The position numbers were made by a program, and so were the translations under genes. The notes beneath the pieces were generated by a model. It was not told the DNA's origin, searched no databases, and saw only the letters and a program-made list of their open reading frames with translations. Shown here one piece after another: positions 34,118-45,618 of a DNA stretch of 64,000 bases (position 1 is the stretch's first letter; the number at the start of each line of letters is the position of its first letter). The DNA is from Diplonema japonicum (Eukaryota > Protista > Euglenozoa: Diplonemea): positions 186,001 to 250,000 of the forward strand of contig OZ025731.1 in assembly GCA_964019335.1 (NCBI GenBank), given 5' to 3'.

Positions 34118-37100
34118 ATGGAAAGATGGGTGTGGGACAAGCTCAAACAATGTAGGGAGGAAATGACCCAGATCTGGGAGAAGAATGCGGGGATGGCGTC
34201 TGCTATTGGGTGCGAGAAAGCGTACATCCATGTGAGCATGCACGAGAGCAAAGGGCTGTGGGATAGACTGTTCAGCACCATCCCCGAGAAGAAGGAGGCC
34301 ACCAGCACAGAGGTGCCGGAAGAGCAGTACGAAAACCTGCAGAAACTGTGCACAAAACTGAGGTTTCAGGTGAGGGAGCAGAACCAAGCGGCGTACGCAG
34401 TTCTAGAAGTTTTGAAGGGGAAGATCCACAAGCAGAATACAACGATGGACTACATACACAAAACACTGCAACAGGAAGTGGTGCTCCTTCGCGAACAGCT
34501 GTTTCGGGCACGGCACCCTTCTGAGACGACAGAGTTCAACCCCGAAGAGTTCTCTCTTTTGGACTTCATGAGGTTTGCCGACAACAGCATCAGCGACACT
34601 GCAGTTATGATGTCGGAAGCGTTGAAAGAGAAGCTTGCGCAGCGTGATGACCTCGAACCGGTCTCTGAAGATACATTGCAGGGGATGCGAAAGAGGGATT
34701 TGGAATGGCAAGCAAGGCTGGAAACCGAACGAAGCAAACACAAAAAAGATCTGAAGGAAAAACTATCCGAGATAGAATCGCTGAAAAGCCAGCTCAACAC
34801 AAAGACAAGCACGATGGCCACGACGAGGGAAACGTACAACAACGAGCTGGAACAATTGAAATCCTTCCACAAACAAGAACTCTCGTTGATCGGAGTGGAA
34901 ACCGAGGAGAAGATGAACGAGGTAAGAGAAGCCGCGAATCTAAGTAATGAGCGCACCCAACGAAGGCTGACGCAACAGCTTGAATCTCTTCAACGCCACC
35001 AGTCAGAGCAGTCCGAAAGACAACACGCTGCAAATTACAAAGCAGCACCTCCATCCACTCCTCAAGACCCTCCTGAAAAAGCCACCAACGAGGAAATCAA
35101 CAAAATTCTAGACGCCGCTAGAAAAGAAATTGAAACCATCCAAGCACAGCACAGCATCAAGATACAAACCATGGTAATGGAATGGCAAACATTGATGAAA
35201 GACTGTCAAGAGGAGCATCGAAAGGAAATCGACGAACTGATAGTTCGGAACAGAGAACTGTTCACGGCGTGCAGAGAGGCAAACACGGAAATCGAAAAGT
35301 TAAAAGATTCAATGCGACACACCACTCGATTGGCAGAAGTAAAGTTCCGGGAAGATCAAGCCAAACAACTCTCGGCTGACAATAAGGAACTCATCACACT
35401 CCGATTAGAACACCGCGAACTGTTAGACAAATACGAGGTGCTATCCCACAGGTTTCGAGGCAGCCTTGCCCGTGCCAGCATGTTGGAGCGAACCCAAGTT
35501 CAAGAACTAGACGACGAAATAGAACCCGACGAGGAGAAGCCAATTGTCGTGGAAACCATTCCAGTAGAAACGGAAAAACCAGTTTCCGAAGAACCTCCAC
35601 GGCCCATCGCCATACGGAGAATGAGCTCAAAAAAAGCACTGTCCGAATTGGAAAAAACCCTTCAAATTGAACTTCGGGAGTCAGCGGAGAAACATCGAGG
35701 CAGAACAGTTCAGTACGAAGAGACGATACGAAAGCTTCACGAAGAGATCGACGCAAGACGCAACGACATCATGGCTCTGCGTTCGCAAATCGTGGAATTC
35801 CACGAACAGCTTCGCGCGAAACAGAACCCGCCGCCGAAACAGGATACCCCACAACCTATCAAATCTGACGAAAAAACACAACCCCCACCACCTACCGAAC
35901 CACCATCAACAGACCTACTCGAAGCGTTAAAACACAAAGCAAGGTACTGGGAAGACAAATACCACGAGAAGGTAAAATCAGACACTGAAACACTAGGCTA
36001 TGTCGAAATCGTACGCAAAGGAAGCGTGGGGAGGGTAACAGCAACAGACGGAGAAACAGTATCGATCTCCATAGGAGGCTGCGGCGTGGAGACTGTTGAG
36101 AAAAACACAGTCAGACCGCTCGACGTAAAGGAGGTAAAAGAAATCCACGACAAGGAGCTAAAAGAGGCGAGGGACGATTTGAAGGAGGCGTGGGCAACCA
36201 TCGACCGTTTAAAAGCAACAATTGAAAAATTGAAGGAACCGAAGGTTAGCGTCGAGAGCAGCACGACCACACAAGAACAACCTGTTATTGAAGCCAGCAC
36301 ATCACGAAACTCATTCTTTATAACACAATCGGAATTCAGAAAATTCTCCGAGGCTGGAAGCGAAGCACACAGCCTCTTCGACACCCCCCCAAGAAGGTGC
36401 ACTGTCGAGGACGTACTAAAACGCTGCGATTCTTCTAAAATGAGGTTTGAAGCCATTCAAGGGCATCTCGAGCACACTCTTCCCGAGCCTCCCAAGAAAC
36501 TGAACACAATGGGAATGACAAAACTGAGCCTCCTTATTGAGTACGAAGCGTGCCACAGGGACTTGATTATAAGCAAACGAGCAGAGGTGATGACAATGTT
36601 ATCAAATGCGTTCATTGCAGATGATGTAAGGTCGACCACCATCGCTTTGTGTGAACCAAACGTTCGTATCAACAGGAAAAAACTGAAATTCATCACGGAG
36701 CACTGGAAGAAACAAGTATCGAGTTCGAAACTCTCCGCCTATTCATTCATGTTAGCTGACGACCAGCTACCTAACACAGACGACGTCGCTACACAGACAG
36801 AATGGGACACGTTGTGCACAGAACCGATCGAAACACCGCTCGACCATACCCTTCCCATATTCGAGGTGAACGCGAAAACAGATTCATACACCCCGGAGAA
36901 TTTCGAAGATGTCAACGAACCTGACAGTGTACTCCCTGACGTATCTTCAAAATCGAGTAGAAGTTCCGCAGCAGCGCCGCCTCCATTGCTGCCGGTGTTG
37001 TCATCGATACTGCGCAGCAGGAGCGGAAGCGGCGACGACCCGCAGACACCTCGAAAGGTCTCGATCATCGATATTGAAGAAACGCAGTCGAACTACAGTT

Positions 37101-37792
37101 ACGAGTCGCCGTTGACAGCTGCAGCCACGTTGCCCCCTCCTGTCCCGGTTGCACAACCCAGGACCGCCACACCATACCCCGTTCAGGAGGCTGACAGGAA
37201 AGTATCTGCGTTTGACACACCAGACTGTGCCGCACCTTTACCCCGTGTTCCGTCGTCGGCAGCTGTTTCACGTTCTGTTGTAGAAAGGCTCTGCGAGACT
37301 GCTGAAAAACGGGCGTCAAGCGCGGGGAACGCTACACGAAAGCAGTCGGGTTCTACGTCACGTAGGCAGTCCTTGCAGGATCTCCTCCGTGGGCGGTGTA
37401 TTGAGCTTGATTTGCCTGTTGATACGTTGTCGGCTGGTGACCAGCCTTGTTTGGTGATGACAAGCATTGTGAAGCAGTCTGGCAGAGCGTCGATGCAGCT
37501 TGCGCATCCTCCCCACCCGCCTAGCAGCTCGCCTCCGATGAGGGATGTAGAATACACCGGGTCCAGCAAACAGCTGCCTTTCGACAGTGTTCCCGAACAC
37601 ACCGTCGCCGTCAAGAAGATGCCCCGCGTGTCGTTGAGCCCCGCGCAGGCGCAATCTTTGCGGAAAAAACACTATTTTGACAAGGTCCGAGCCGAGAAGA
37701 ACACCACAACAGGCAACGGCAACCTCTTTAAAGAGGAGGTCGTGGAGGAGGTCTTCATGACGGAAGACAGCACGGGCACCAAACCCATTTGA
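34118..37792 (+). CDS. Large coiled-coil hypothetical protein with a KOW/SH3-like insert and Pro/Ser-rich tail
   Basis: 1224-aa uninterrupted ORF with heptad-rich segments; VEIVRKGSVGRVTATDGETVSISI. Confidence 0.8.
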   Translation: MERWVWDKLKQCREEMTQIWEKNAGMASAIGCEKAYIHVSMHESKGLWDRLFSTIPEKKEATSTEVPEEQYENLQKLCTKLRFQVREQNQAAYAVLEVLKGKIHKQNTTMDYIHKTLQQEVVLLREQLFRARHPSETTEFNPEEFSLLDFMRFADNSISDTAVMMSEALKEKLAQRDDLEPVSEDTLQGMRKRDLEWQARLETERSKHKKDLKEKLSEIESLKSQLNTKTSTMATTRETYNNELEQLKSFHKQELSLIGVETEEKMNEVREAANLSNERTQRRLTQQLESLQRHQSEQSERQHAANYKAAPPSTPQDPPEKATNEEINKILDAARKEIETIQAQHSIKIQTMVMEWQTLMKDCQEEHRKEIDELIVRNRELFTACREANTEIEKLKDSMRHTTRLAEVKFREDQAKQLSADNKELITLRLEHRELLDKYEVLSHRFRGSLARASMLERTQVQELDDEIEPDEEKPIVVETIPVETEKPVSEEPPRPIAIRRMSSKKALSELEKTLQIELRESAEKHRGRTVQYEETIRKLHEEIDARRNDIMALRSQIVEFHEQLRAKQNPPPKQDTPQPIKSDEKTQPPPPTEPPSTDLLEALKHKARYWEDKYHEKVKSDTETLGYVEIVRKGSVGRVTATDGETVSISIGGCGVETVEKNTVRPLDVKEVKEIHDKELKEARDDLKEAWATIDRLKATIEKLKEPKVSVESSTTTQEQPVIEASTSRNSFFITQSEFRKFSEAGSEAHSLFDTPPRRCTVEDVLKRCDSSKMRFEAIQGHLEHTLPEPPKKLNTMGMTKLSLLIEYEACHRDLIISKRAEVMTMLSNAFIADDVRSTTIALCEPNVRINRKKLKFITEHWKKQVSSSKLSAYSFMLADDQLPNTDDVATQTEWDTLCTEPIETPLDHTLPIFEVNAKTDSYTPENFEDVNEPDSVLPDVSSKSSRSSAAAPPPLLPVLSSILRSRSGSGDDPQTPRKVSIIDIEETQSNYSYESPLTAAATLPPPVPVAQPRTATPYPVQEADRKVSAFDTPDCAAPLPRVPSSAAVSRSVVERLCETAEKRASSAGNATRKQSGSTSRRQSLQDLLRGRCIELDLPVDTLSAGDQPCLVMTSIVKQSGRASMQLAHPPHPPSSSPPMRDVEYTGSSKQLPFDSVPEHTVAVKKMPRVSLSPAQAQSLRKKHYFDKVRAEKNTTTGNGNLFKEEVVEEVFMTEDSTGTKPI

Positions 37793-37795
37793 GAG

Positions 37796-37828
<33 letters not shown>

Positions 37829-37959
37829 AGGGTGTGGGGGAAAAAAAAAAAAAATGGTCAGTTTAGGTTATACTTCGTACTCAGTTTTTTTTTTTTCTTT
37901 TTTTCTTCCTTTTTTTTCCCCCCCAGAAAAAAAAATCGAAAATAGAAAAAAAAAAAAAA

Positions 37960-38946
37960 ATGGGTAAGAAGGGAGGAAACAAGGGAGCGGCGAAGGCAGG
38001 GCAGCAGATGTCGAACAATGAGTTCGATGAGTTGTTGAACCAGCTCAACAAGGCGACCTCCGACAAGGTTGCGACGAACGCAGTGTCCTCGAAGAAGGAC
38101 CACAAGAAGGAACGGAAAGAGAAGCTCGCCGCGATCAAGCGTGAGAACCAGGCCGCGGAGGAACAGCACGCGAAAAACAAGCAGCAGATCCAGCAGTTCA
38201 TGGAGATGTTGAGGAGGCAACAGTTCGCACAGGGCGACCACCTCGACACCCCCACCACAAAGAAAGAAACCGACCTCTACGAAGACGACAACCACATGGT
38301 AGCCTCCGTCGGCATGCAAGGATGGAGGAAGGGAATGGAGGACGCACACATCGCCAAGCTGAAGGGCGACGATGACGAAGCCATCTACGCGGTATTCGAC
38401 GGCCACTCTGGTGCGGAGGTTGCAAAGTTTGCCGCTGAAAAACTTGAAACCCATTTGAAGGGCACCGAAGAATGGGCCAAGAAGGACTACGAAGCAGCCT
38501 TGAAGAAGGGCTTCCTGTCCCTCGATGGAGAAATGAGGAAGAAAGAAATGCAAGCCGGATCAACAGCCACCGTCTGTGTCGTGACCGCCGACAAGATCTA
38601 CACCGCGAACTCCGGTGATTCCCGGGCCGTTGTCTGCCAGAACAAAGCGGCAGTTGCTCTCTCCGAGGACCACAAGCCCATGTCCGAAGTCGAGAAGACT
38701 AGGATCGAAAAGGCTGGTTCTACAGTTGAGGACATTGGTGGGATTGGCCGTGTTGATGGGATGCTCGCCGTGTCCCGTGGATTCGGAGATTTCAAGTTCA
38801 AGAAGCCCGAGATCCCCGCTGAGGAGCAAGCTGTGACTTGCTTCCCTGATGTCACTGTTCACCACATCACACCTGAGACCCAGTACCTCATTGTCGCTTG
38901 TGATGGTATCTGGGACTGCTTGACCAGCGAGGAGGTATTGAGGGGG

Positions 38947-38980
<34 letters not shown>

Positions 38981-39198
38981 AGGTCGTTGAGCAAATCTCT
39001 GCCAAGGTGACCATGGCCAAGACCCCCGCTGAGCTCGGTGCTCTGTCTGGTGATTTGATGGATGAATTGATTGTATGGTGGGGAGGGAAATAAAAAATTT
39101 AAAAAAAAAATTTTTTCTAAAAAAAAATAAAGTCGCCGAAGCCTGCCGCTATCGGATCTGACAACATGTCTATTGTGCTGGTTAAGTTCAAGAAGTAA
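37960..39198 (+). CDS. Protein phosphatase 2C (PPM); introns 38935-38982 and 39073-39132
   Basis: MQGWRKGMEDAH, VFDGHSG, ANSGDSRA, LAVSRGFGD, ACDGIWD; spliced end GSDNMSIVLV. Confidence 0.95.
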
Positions 39199-39340
39199 GG
39201 TGTTGGAGAGAGAGAGAGGAGAAAGACACAAGAATGTTTTTTTTTTTTTTTTTTTTTTTTTTATTTTATGTCAGCAAAGTGGGGCAAACCAGGAGTGAGA
39301 CTTACCACTCCTTTAGCATAGTGTTTTTCAGGAAGAAAGT

Positions 39341-39376
<36 letters not shown>

Positions 39377-39911
39377 AAGAAGGTGGCCCAGCGTATCAAC
39401 AGGAAATTCGATAAAACTTCTTAGTGTGCAGGTGGCGGAAGGGGAGAGGGGGTGAAGCTGAAGGGAACTGCTTTTTTTTTTTTTTTCTTCTTTTTTTCTT
39501 CCCCTTTCTTTCAAGAGAAGAAGCTGCGAAACTGCTCAGGTGATGCACGACTTGCAACCCGTAAAAAGTTCTAGTTCTTCTCTTCTTCTTTCCCCCTCCA
39601 TTCCACCAATCTTTCATGGTATTTTTTTTTTTTTATTTTTATTTTTTTTTTTTTTGAGGAGTGAGAGGAGAAAAAAAAAAAAAATCTTTTTATTTGATGG
39701 AACACTTTTTTTTTAATCTTTTTTTTTATTTGCGCTGCTAGCATTTCACACAAACACACACACACACACACACACCCCATCATAATAATTTTTTATTAAA
39801 TTTTTCTTCCCCACCCCCCTGCCCCCCTCTCTTTTGTTTTATCTTCACACACACCTTCACGCGCCCCGCTTCACAACTTCCTTTTTTTTTTTTAAAAAAA
39901 AAATGACTATT

Positions 39912-40058
39912 TATTAAATAAAAATCAGATTACCTGATTTTTACGAGGAATTTTTTTTTCTTTTCACAAGTAGTTGAAATTCAAAAAAAAAAAAACGAGT
40001 GAAAAAAAAAAAAAAAAAAAAAATTCCGAGTAAAAATCTGGCTGATTTTTATTTAATA
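39912..40058. mobile_element. Small fold-back/MITE-like element (147 bp)
   Basis: Perfect 17-bp TIR TATTAAATAAAAATCAG/CTGATTTTTATTTAATA, extended inward by GATTTTTACGAGGAATTT/AAATTCCGAGTAAAAATC. Confidence 0.7.
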
Positions 40059-40060
40059 TG

Positions 40061-40817
40061 ATATTTTATTTAATTTTTGTAAAGTTAAATGAGGAAATTT
40101 CGGACACTGTGAATCCTACATGTTCACTTCTGCGAAATGTTCACACTGATGTCAAAACTAAGCCTGAGTGCCTGAGAAGAGGATGTCAAGTTGACAGAAT
40201 TCTGTAGGTTTTGTGTAATTTGTGTCGGCACTTGATCATCGCTCTTCAGAAACTGCTGGTTTTGTGCGGGGACTTGATCAGGTCTGACTTCCAGCCAAAA
40301 CAGCAGGTTCCTTCATCAACAAGGTATTGTGCAAAAGAACGCCTGTATGCATGGCCAGTGTAATTTTCGGCATTTGCCAGCCTCAGGTGTGATGCTTGGT
40401 GGCCCGGAAACGTGGTAAAGTGTGTTTATGCCTCTTTTGCCTCGGATGCCTGACTGTTTTTTGCCTCAGATACCTGGCTGTGGTTTGGGTTGGTTGGGTT
40501 ACGTCTCATATTTTGCGAGGCGATTAATGTATGTGTCGAGCGACGTTTGTAAAAGCGCAACATGCCGTAGCTGCGGTGTCAGCGGCCACCAGATGCAAAA
40601 AATGAAGACGAATGCCGAAAAAGCCCGAAAATTGCTCAGAGTAAAAATCAGATTTTACTTTATTTTTACGGCACTTTTTTAAGCCAAATTCAAATTCGGC
40701 CTATTACTTTATTTTTATTCTTCACTTTATTTTTACTCGTGAACGGTAAAGTGATTTCTGATTTTTATGGCTCTTTAGGAATTTCCTCATGTAACTTTAC
40801 AGAATTAAATAAAATAT
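40061..40817. mobile_element. TIR-bounded non-autonomous element containing a tyrosine-recombinase remnant
   Basis: ~38-bp TIRs ATATTTTATTTAATTTTTGTAAAGTTAAATGAGGAAATT / AATTTCCTCATGTAACTTTACAGAATTAAATAAAATAT; interior lacks the long homopolymers of host spacers. Confidence 0.8.
40285..40438 (-). pseudogene. Frameshifted tyrosine recombinase (Crypton-like) fragment
   Basis: Manual translation: KRGINTL /frameshift/ TTFPGHQASHLRLANAENYTGHAYRRSFAQYLVDEG-TCC-FGWKS, giving the HxxR box and GW-x-S motif. Confidence 0.75.
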
Positions 40818-40902
40818 ATATATATATAAATACCCCCCTCCCCCTTGTTTCTTCATAATTTATTTTAAAGTTCGGGGGGCAAACAAAAAAAAAAAGAAAA
40901 CT

Positions 40903-41634
40903 ATGTCAACCCGGTCCCCTGAAATCAGCGATGACCTTCAAGAGGTGAGGCGGGATTTCGCTCTGTCAGACAGAAAGCTCAGCGCGGCCTTTCACAGCTT
41001 CAACAACGGGAGGCAGGTTTGCAGGAAGTGCGGGAAGACCTACAACGTTACGGAAAACCAAGGCGACAGTTGTGTAGGGCATCCGGGGGAGCTTGTCTTG
41101 GATCCTTTGAGCACGATGCGAAATGTGACATTGGGTCTCATGGCAGGGGCAACTATAGGAGCTGGTGTGGGTGTTGCAGTTTTCGGCGCAGCAAAACTTG
41201 GCACCATCGGGATGGCCACCACTGTAACCACTCCCAATCTCACAGGGCTCTCCACAGCGGCATCAGCGGCCTCAACCTCTGGAGCTACATCAGCCTCTGC
41301 TACTGCTGCAGCAGCTGGAGCCGGTATGGGTTCACTTGCTTCTGCTGCCGCTGCTTTCGGTGGTACCGCTGCATCGAGCGCTCCAGCACTCACCACTGCC
41401 CCTGCTCTAACCACAACCGGTGCCGCTGTTGGTGGTACAATTGGTGGTGCTTTCAAAGCCACACAAGCAACCATCCAAGAAGTGGGTGCCAAGGTTGGTT
41501 CTTATAAATGGTCATGCTGCAATTTTCACCAGTCCGAGGATACGTGCGACGGGAGGAGGACAATGCATGTGCCTGTTGTTGATCCCCCCGGGGAACTTGA
41601 TTTGCCTCCGTCACCATCCGCTGCAGGGGTTTGA
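40903..41634 (+). CDS. Hypothetical protein: split Cys/His Zn-binding motif around a Gly/Ala/Thr-rich glycine-zipper-like insert
   Basis: CRKC..Y...N....C..HPG at the N-terminus, KWSCC...C....H at the C-terminus. Confidence 0.75.
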   Translation: MSTRSPEISDDLQEVRRDFALSDRKLSAAFHSFNNGRQVCRKCGKTYNVTENQGDSCVGHPGELVLDPLSTMRNVTLGLMAGATIGAGVGVAVFGAAKLGTIGMATTVTTPNLTGLSTAASAASTSGATSASATAAAAGAGMGSLASAAAAFGGTAASSAPALTTAPALTTTGAAVGGTIGGAFKATQATIQEVGAKVGSYKWSCCNFHQSEDTCDGRRTMHVPVVDPPGELDLPPSPSAAGV

Positions 41635-41705
41635 GGGTTTTAAAAAAAAAAAAAAAAAAAAAAAGGGTATCATTTACACATACACCTGGGGTTATGGTAT
41701 GGTTT

Positions 41706-41747
<42 letters not shown>

Positions 41748-42013
41748 TTATTATTATTATTATTATTTTTTTTTTTTTTTTTTTATACTTACACTCTGGT
41801 ATGGATATATAAAGAAGGGAAAAAAAAAAAAAAAGAAGAAAAAGAACAAATGAAAGCAAAAAAAAAAGAAGAAGAAAAAACCCGAATAAAAAAAAAAAAA
41901 AAAGAAAAGAGGGGAAATGAGGGGAAAAAACAAAAACAAAAAAGAAGAAAATTTGATGAATTTCATTGTGCGGGGTGGGTGTTCACCACAAAAAAAAAAA
42001 AAAAAGAGTCCGT

Positions 42014-42048
<35 letters not shown>

Positions 42049-42215
42049 GGCACAGCTTTGAGGGGGGGCCCCTGTAGAAGGCTAAGCCCCCCAAAAAAAA
42101 AGACTATTTGGTTGTATCTCTACTCTTTTTTTTTTTTATATTTATATTCTTTTTGCCCCCCTCCATTTCCCCAACACAAAAAAAAAGGGAAACAAAAAAA
42201 AAAAAAAAAAAAGAA

Positions 42216-44618
42216 ATGAAGTATGAAAGGGGGTTGACATCCCCATCAAAACTGGAGTCGGAGATCAGACGCACGAAGGACAACAACAGTATGCTGAAGA
42301 TGGAGATCGAGGCTGCGAAGGAAGAAGTCAGACGGTTGAAACCGGACTACAACAACAACAACAAGGCAACGCACATGGACAGGCAGCTTGTACTGACTGA
42401 CGTCTCCTCCCGCGCTTCTCATAAAAACCGGGAACTTGTAATGTACGAACCACCACCACCACCACCACAACAACAACACCAACCTATCATCCGTGACATT
42501 TACATCAACAACGGTACCAATGTAGGAGACAGAGCTGAAGTAGTAATTTTATACGACGATTGTGTTTACGATTTCAGGGTACCGGAGCCTAAAGTTTTTA
42601 TTGAATGGTCGGCTGTCACACGGGACAAACGACAAGATCTAACCCTAGCCGAAACCGCACGTGTGATCACCACCCCTGAAGGCTGTGCTGGGTACTATTT
42701 GAAAGCCACAGTCACCTCGGAGGAAACCGAACAATGCCCTTCCATCAGGGTAAGCACGACCACACAAACCATCGTAGCATGCCGAACCCCTGTTGTGCTA
42801 GTGTGTGAAATGGTGTTGCTATTATCAGACGGTGACGAAGCAGCTCCTGAGGCACCAATGCCCGCTGAGATATTAACCTTCCGGTACCAGTTGACGGAAA
42901 CATCGCAAGAATCCGCCCCACGCACAAAATGGTTTCGAAATGGCGTTGAGATCCCGGTAAATCGAAACAGACTTAATTATAAAGTCACAGAAGCTGACTT
43001 GGGACATATTGTGAAGCTGCAGCTTACACCGGTAGCACCGGATGGGTCAATGGGGACACCTTACCTGGCGTCGTCTGGTGTGGTGGTTGAGCAACAGCCT
43101 GTTGTGGTGTCTGTTGGGATGGAAGGCCAGCTTCGACCCAATGAAACTGTAACCGCGAAGTTAAGAGGCCGGCTTTTGGACTTGCTCGACCCGCCTTCAT
43201 TTGAATGGGCGATTTCCACAGGATCCGAAATTACACGGTTGGCCATCGGACCTTCTGTAACAATATTGGAGAGCGACGTGAACCATGTGCTTATTTTAAA
43301 GCTGACCCCGTTGTACAAACGACGCGCGCTCCGTCCTGTCGAGTCGAGAAGCCATCAAATCGAACCTGTTCCGTACGCTGAAGGGGAGCCTTACATCGGC
43401 ATTCCTTACACATTATTGGGATTGCCGAAGAACACACACGCGAGATGGCTCGCCAGAAAAAAATCGGAAAATCATCAATGGCGGTACTTGACATCGGGGC
43501 TGTCATACACACCACTTGACAAAGACCTCGGCCACATATTGCAAATTGAATGTACGTGGGTATCGGGCGATGGAACAAACAACATGGAGGTTCTTGAAAC
43601 CACGGATGTAACGGCTCCACCGCCAAAAGTATTTGGACAACCGAGAATACTGGGAGAAGGCGTGGCCGGGGGTAATTTAAAATGCGAGTGTCTAGTGTGT
43701 GAAGGCGGTGAGCTACAAATAATATGGGAGCGCGACAGAAAAGACAAATGGGAAAAGATCGCGGAGGGCCCTGACGTTATGCTCTTGAAGAGTGACGTAG
43801 GCCACCACATCAGAGTCCAGGTCAGCGCTGTTGTAAAAAAACGTGTTGGGCCACCCGTTGCAATTGATTATCCTTCCACGATATCCGAATCCGGAATGGG
43901 TGAGCTGCAACTTCAAAAAACAAATTTCCCGCTTCCAACTCTAACATCGGCGCAACTAGCTTCCTGGGAAATATCGGACGATGGATGCCACACTTGGCAA
44001 GCCTTACACGATACTGTGTTCACGCCAACAGCAGACAATCTGTACCAAACCGTTCGCGGTATCAACGATGATGGGAGGGAGACAGGGCGGTGCTTAATCA
44101 CGATTCCTTCTCAAATGGTGTCCAAGCTTGACTCATATGTTCTCACCGGGTTGGCGGGGTTCGGGGTTAAATTCGACGGAAAGTTCAGCCAGCTTCTCCT
44201 GTCCCCTGCTGGGTTTAAAATTCACGACAACACTCCGAATTCTGATGCGGTACACAAAGTGCGGTGGCTTCGTGGCCTGTCCATTACTTGTTTGGATGAT
44301 ATCGCTTGTGTGGTGATCAGGGTGCCTGGGTCGCCTCCTTATTTGCTTTCTGTTTTAAAACCGTTTGAGAGGGATTTGCTTGTGGTCGTGTTCAGGGTTT
44401 TCTGTTACCTCGCGGTGCCGCCTGGTTCTGCTCGGGATTGCCTGCCGTCGGGGCTTTCTTCCGCGTGGCGTAAAGGCCACACTCATGGAAAGCACGCTCG
44501 CGAAGCCGACAAGGCTGCGCTCGCCGCTTTCATCTCCGCCAGGAAGCAGCAGCGGTTCCCCGCTTCCCCTGATGTGATGTCCAATACATTCCACGCTTAC
44601 CTGACAAAGATTAAATGA
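42216..44618 (+). CDS. Protein with AIR9/A9-type Ig-like repeats
   Basis: Repeats of W-x-R...Y-x3-D-x-GH-x-L/I (YKVTEADLGHIVKLQLTPVAPDG, YTPLDKDLGHILQIEC, SDVGHHIRVQV). Confidence 0.78.
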   Translation: MKYERGLTSPSKLESEIRRTKDNNSMLKMEIEAAKEEVRRLKPDYNNNNKATHMDRQLVLTDVSSRASHKNRELVMYEPPPPPPQQQHQPIIRDIYINNGTNVGDRAEVVILYDDCVYDFRVPEPKVFIEWSAVTRDKRQDLTLAETARVITTPEGCAGYYLKATVTSEETEQCPSIRVSTTTQTIVACRTPVVLVCEMVLLLSDGDEAAPEAPMPAEILTFRYQLTETSQESAPRTKWFRNGVEIPVNRNRLNYKVTEADLGHIVKLQLTPVAPDGSMGTPYLASSGVVVEQQPVVVSVGMEGQLRPNETVTAKLRGRLLDLLDPPSFEWAISTGSEITRLAIGPSVTILESDVNHVLILKLTPLYKRRALRPVESRSHQIEPVPYAEGEPYIGIPYTLLGLPKNTHARWLARKKSENHQWRYLTSGLSYTPLDKDLGHILQIECTWVSGDGTNNMEVLETTDVTAPPPKVFGQPRILGEGVAGGNLKCECLVCEGGELQIIWERDRKDKWEKIAEGPDVMLLKSDVGHHIRVQVSAVVKKRVGPPVAIDYPSTISESGMGELQLQKTNFPLPTLTSAQLASWEISDDGCHTWQALHDTVFTPTADNLYQTVRGINDDGRETGRCLITIPSQMVSKLDSYVLTGLAGFGVKFDGKFSQLLLSPAGFKIHDNTPNSDAVHKVRWLRGLSITCLDDIACVVIRVPGSPPYLLSVLKPFERDLLVVVFRVFCYLAVPPGSARDCLPSGLSSAWRKGHTHGKHAREADKAALAAFISARKQQRFPASPDVMSNTFHAYLTKIK

Positions 44619-45618
44619 GGGATTCTTTTTTTTTTTTTTTTTCCTTCTTTTTTTTTTGTTGAGGAACTGAGGTGACGTTAGTCCCTGGGGGGAAGAAAAA
44701 GGGCGGGGGGAAGAAATAGAGCGAAAGAACGGTGATATCTATCTTATTTTCACCACCCCCCCCCCCATTGCCATTCGAAAAAAAAAGAATAATGATAATA
44801 ATAAAGTTGTCTCCAGCATAATAATAATTACAGAGGGCGTTTCTTTCTATTTTTATCTTCATTGTCCACCTTGCTTGCTTCCGTAATGAAAAAGAAAGAA
44901 AATGAGAAGAAAAAAAAAAAAAAAGAAAAAAAAAAACGGGGAGTTGCTCAAAGATATGGAGGGGGTTTGGGATGGGAGGGTGCAGTTCCTTTTTGGTGAG
45001 CGCAAAGACGCGAACCTTAGCTCCTACAGAAACAGATAACGGGCGGTGGTCTCCCCCGGCCTATTCAAACAAAAAGTTTTGGGTCAGTTTTGCGTTTAAT
45101 GCGCTATTTGTCCCTCCCTCGGCTGCCTAAGGGTGAAATGTCTCCCTCCCTCCCAGTTTCCTGTACAAAATTTCCAACCCTCTATCTACCGAAAGAACCC
45201 AGTGGTGCCTTCCCCCCTCCCTCCCTTTCCCTACTGGGCATTGTACAGGCTTGATGGGTGCAACGAGCTTGTTTTCAAGCGATGGAAAACCATAAATAAA
45301 AAGTTTTTAAACTCCCCCTCCCCCTCTAGTGTGTTCCAAATCTTTTTGTACCGCAAAAGAAGGGGTGGGGGGGGAAAGGGAAGGAGGGATGGGGTAGGAA
45401 AGAAAAAAAAAAACTTTCATAAATCCACACTTTTTTTTTGTTCCTTCTCACTTTCCCTCCTCCCCCCCCCCCAACGCCCCTTCCCTTCTCTGTACCCCCC
45501 CCACCCCCCTAACACCGTAACCGTCTCCACCGCCTCCTCCTCTATTATTTTAAAACGCCTCTTATCAAAACAAAACAAAAAAAAGAGGGTTGAAAAAAAA
45601 GAAAAAAAAGAAAAAAAA

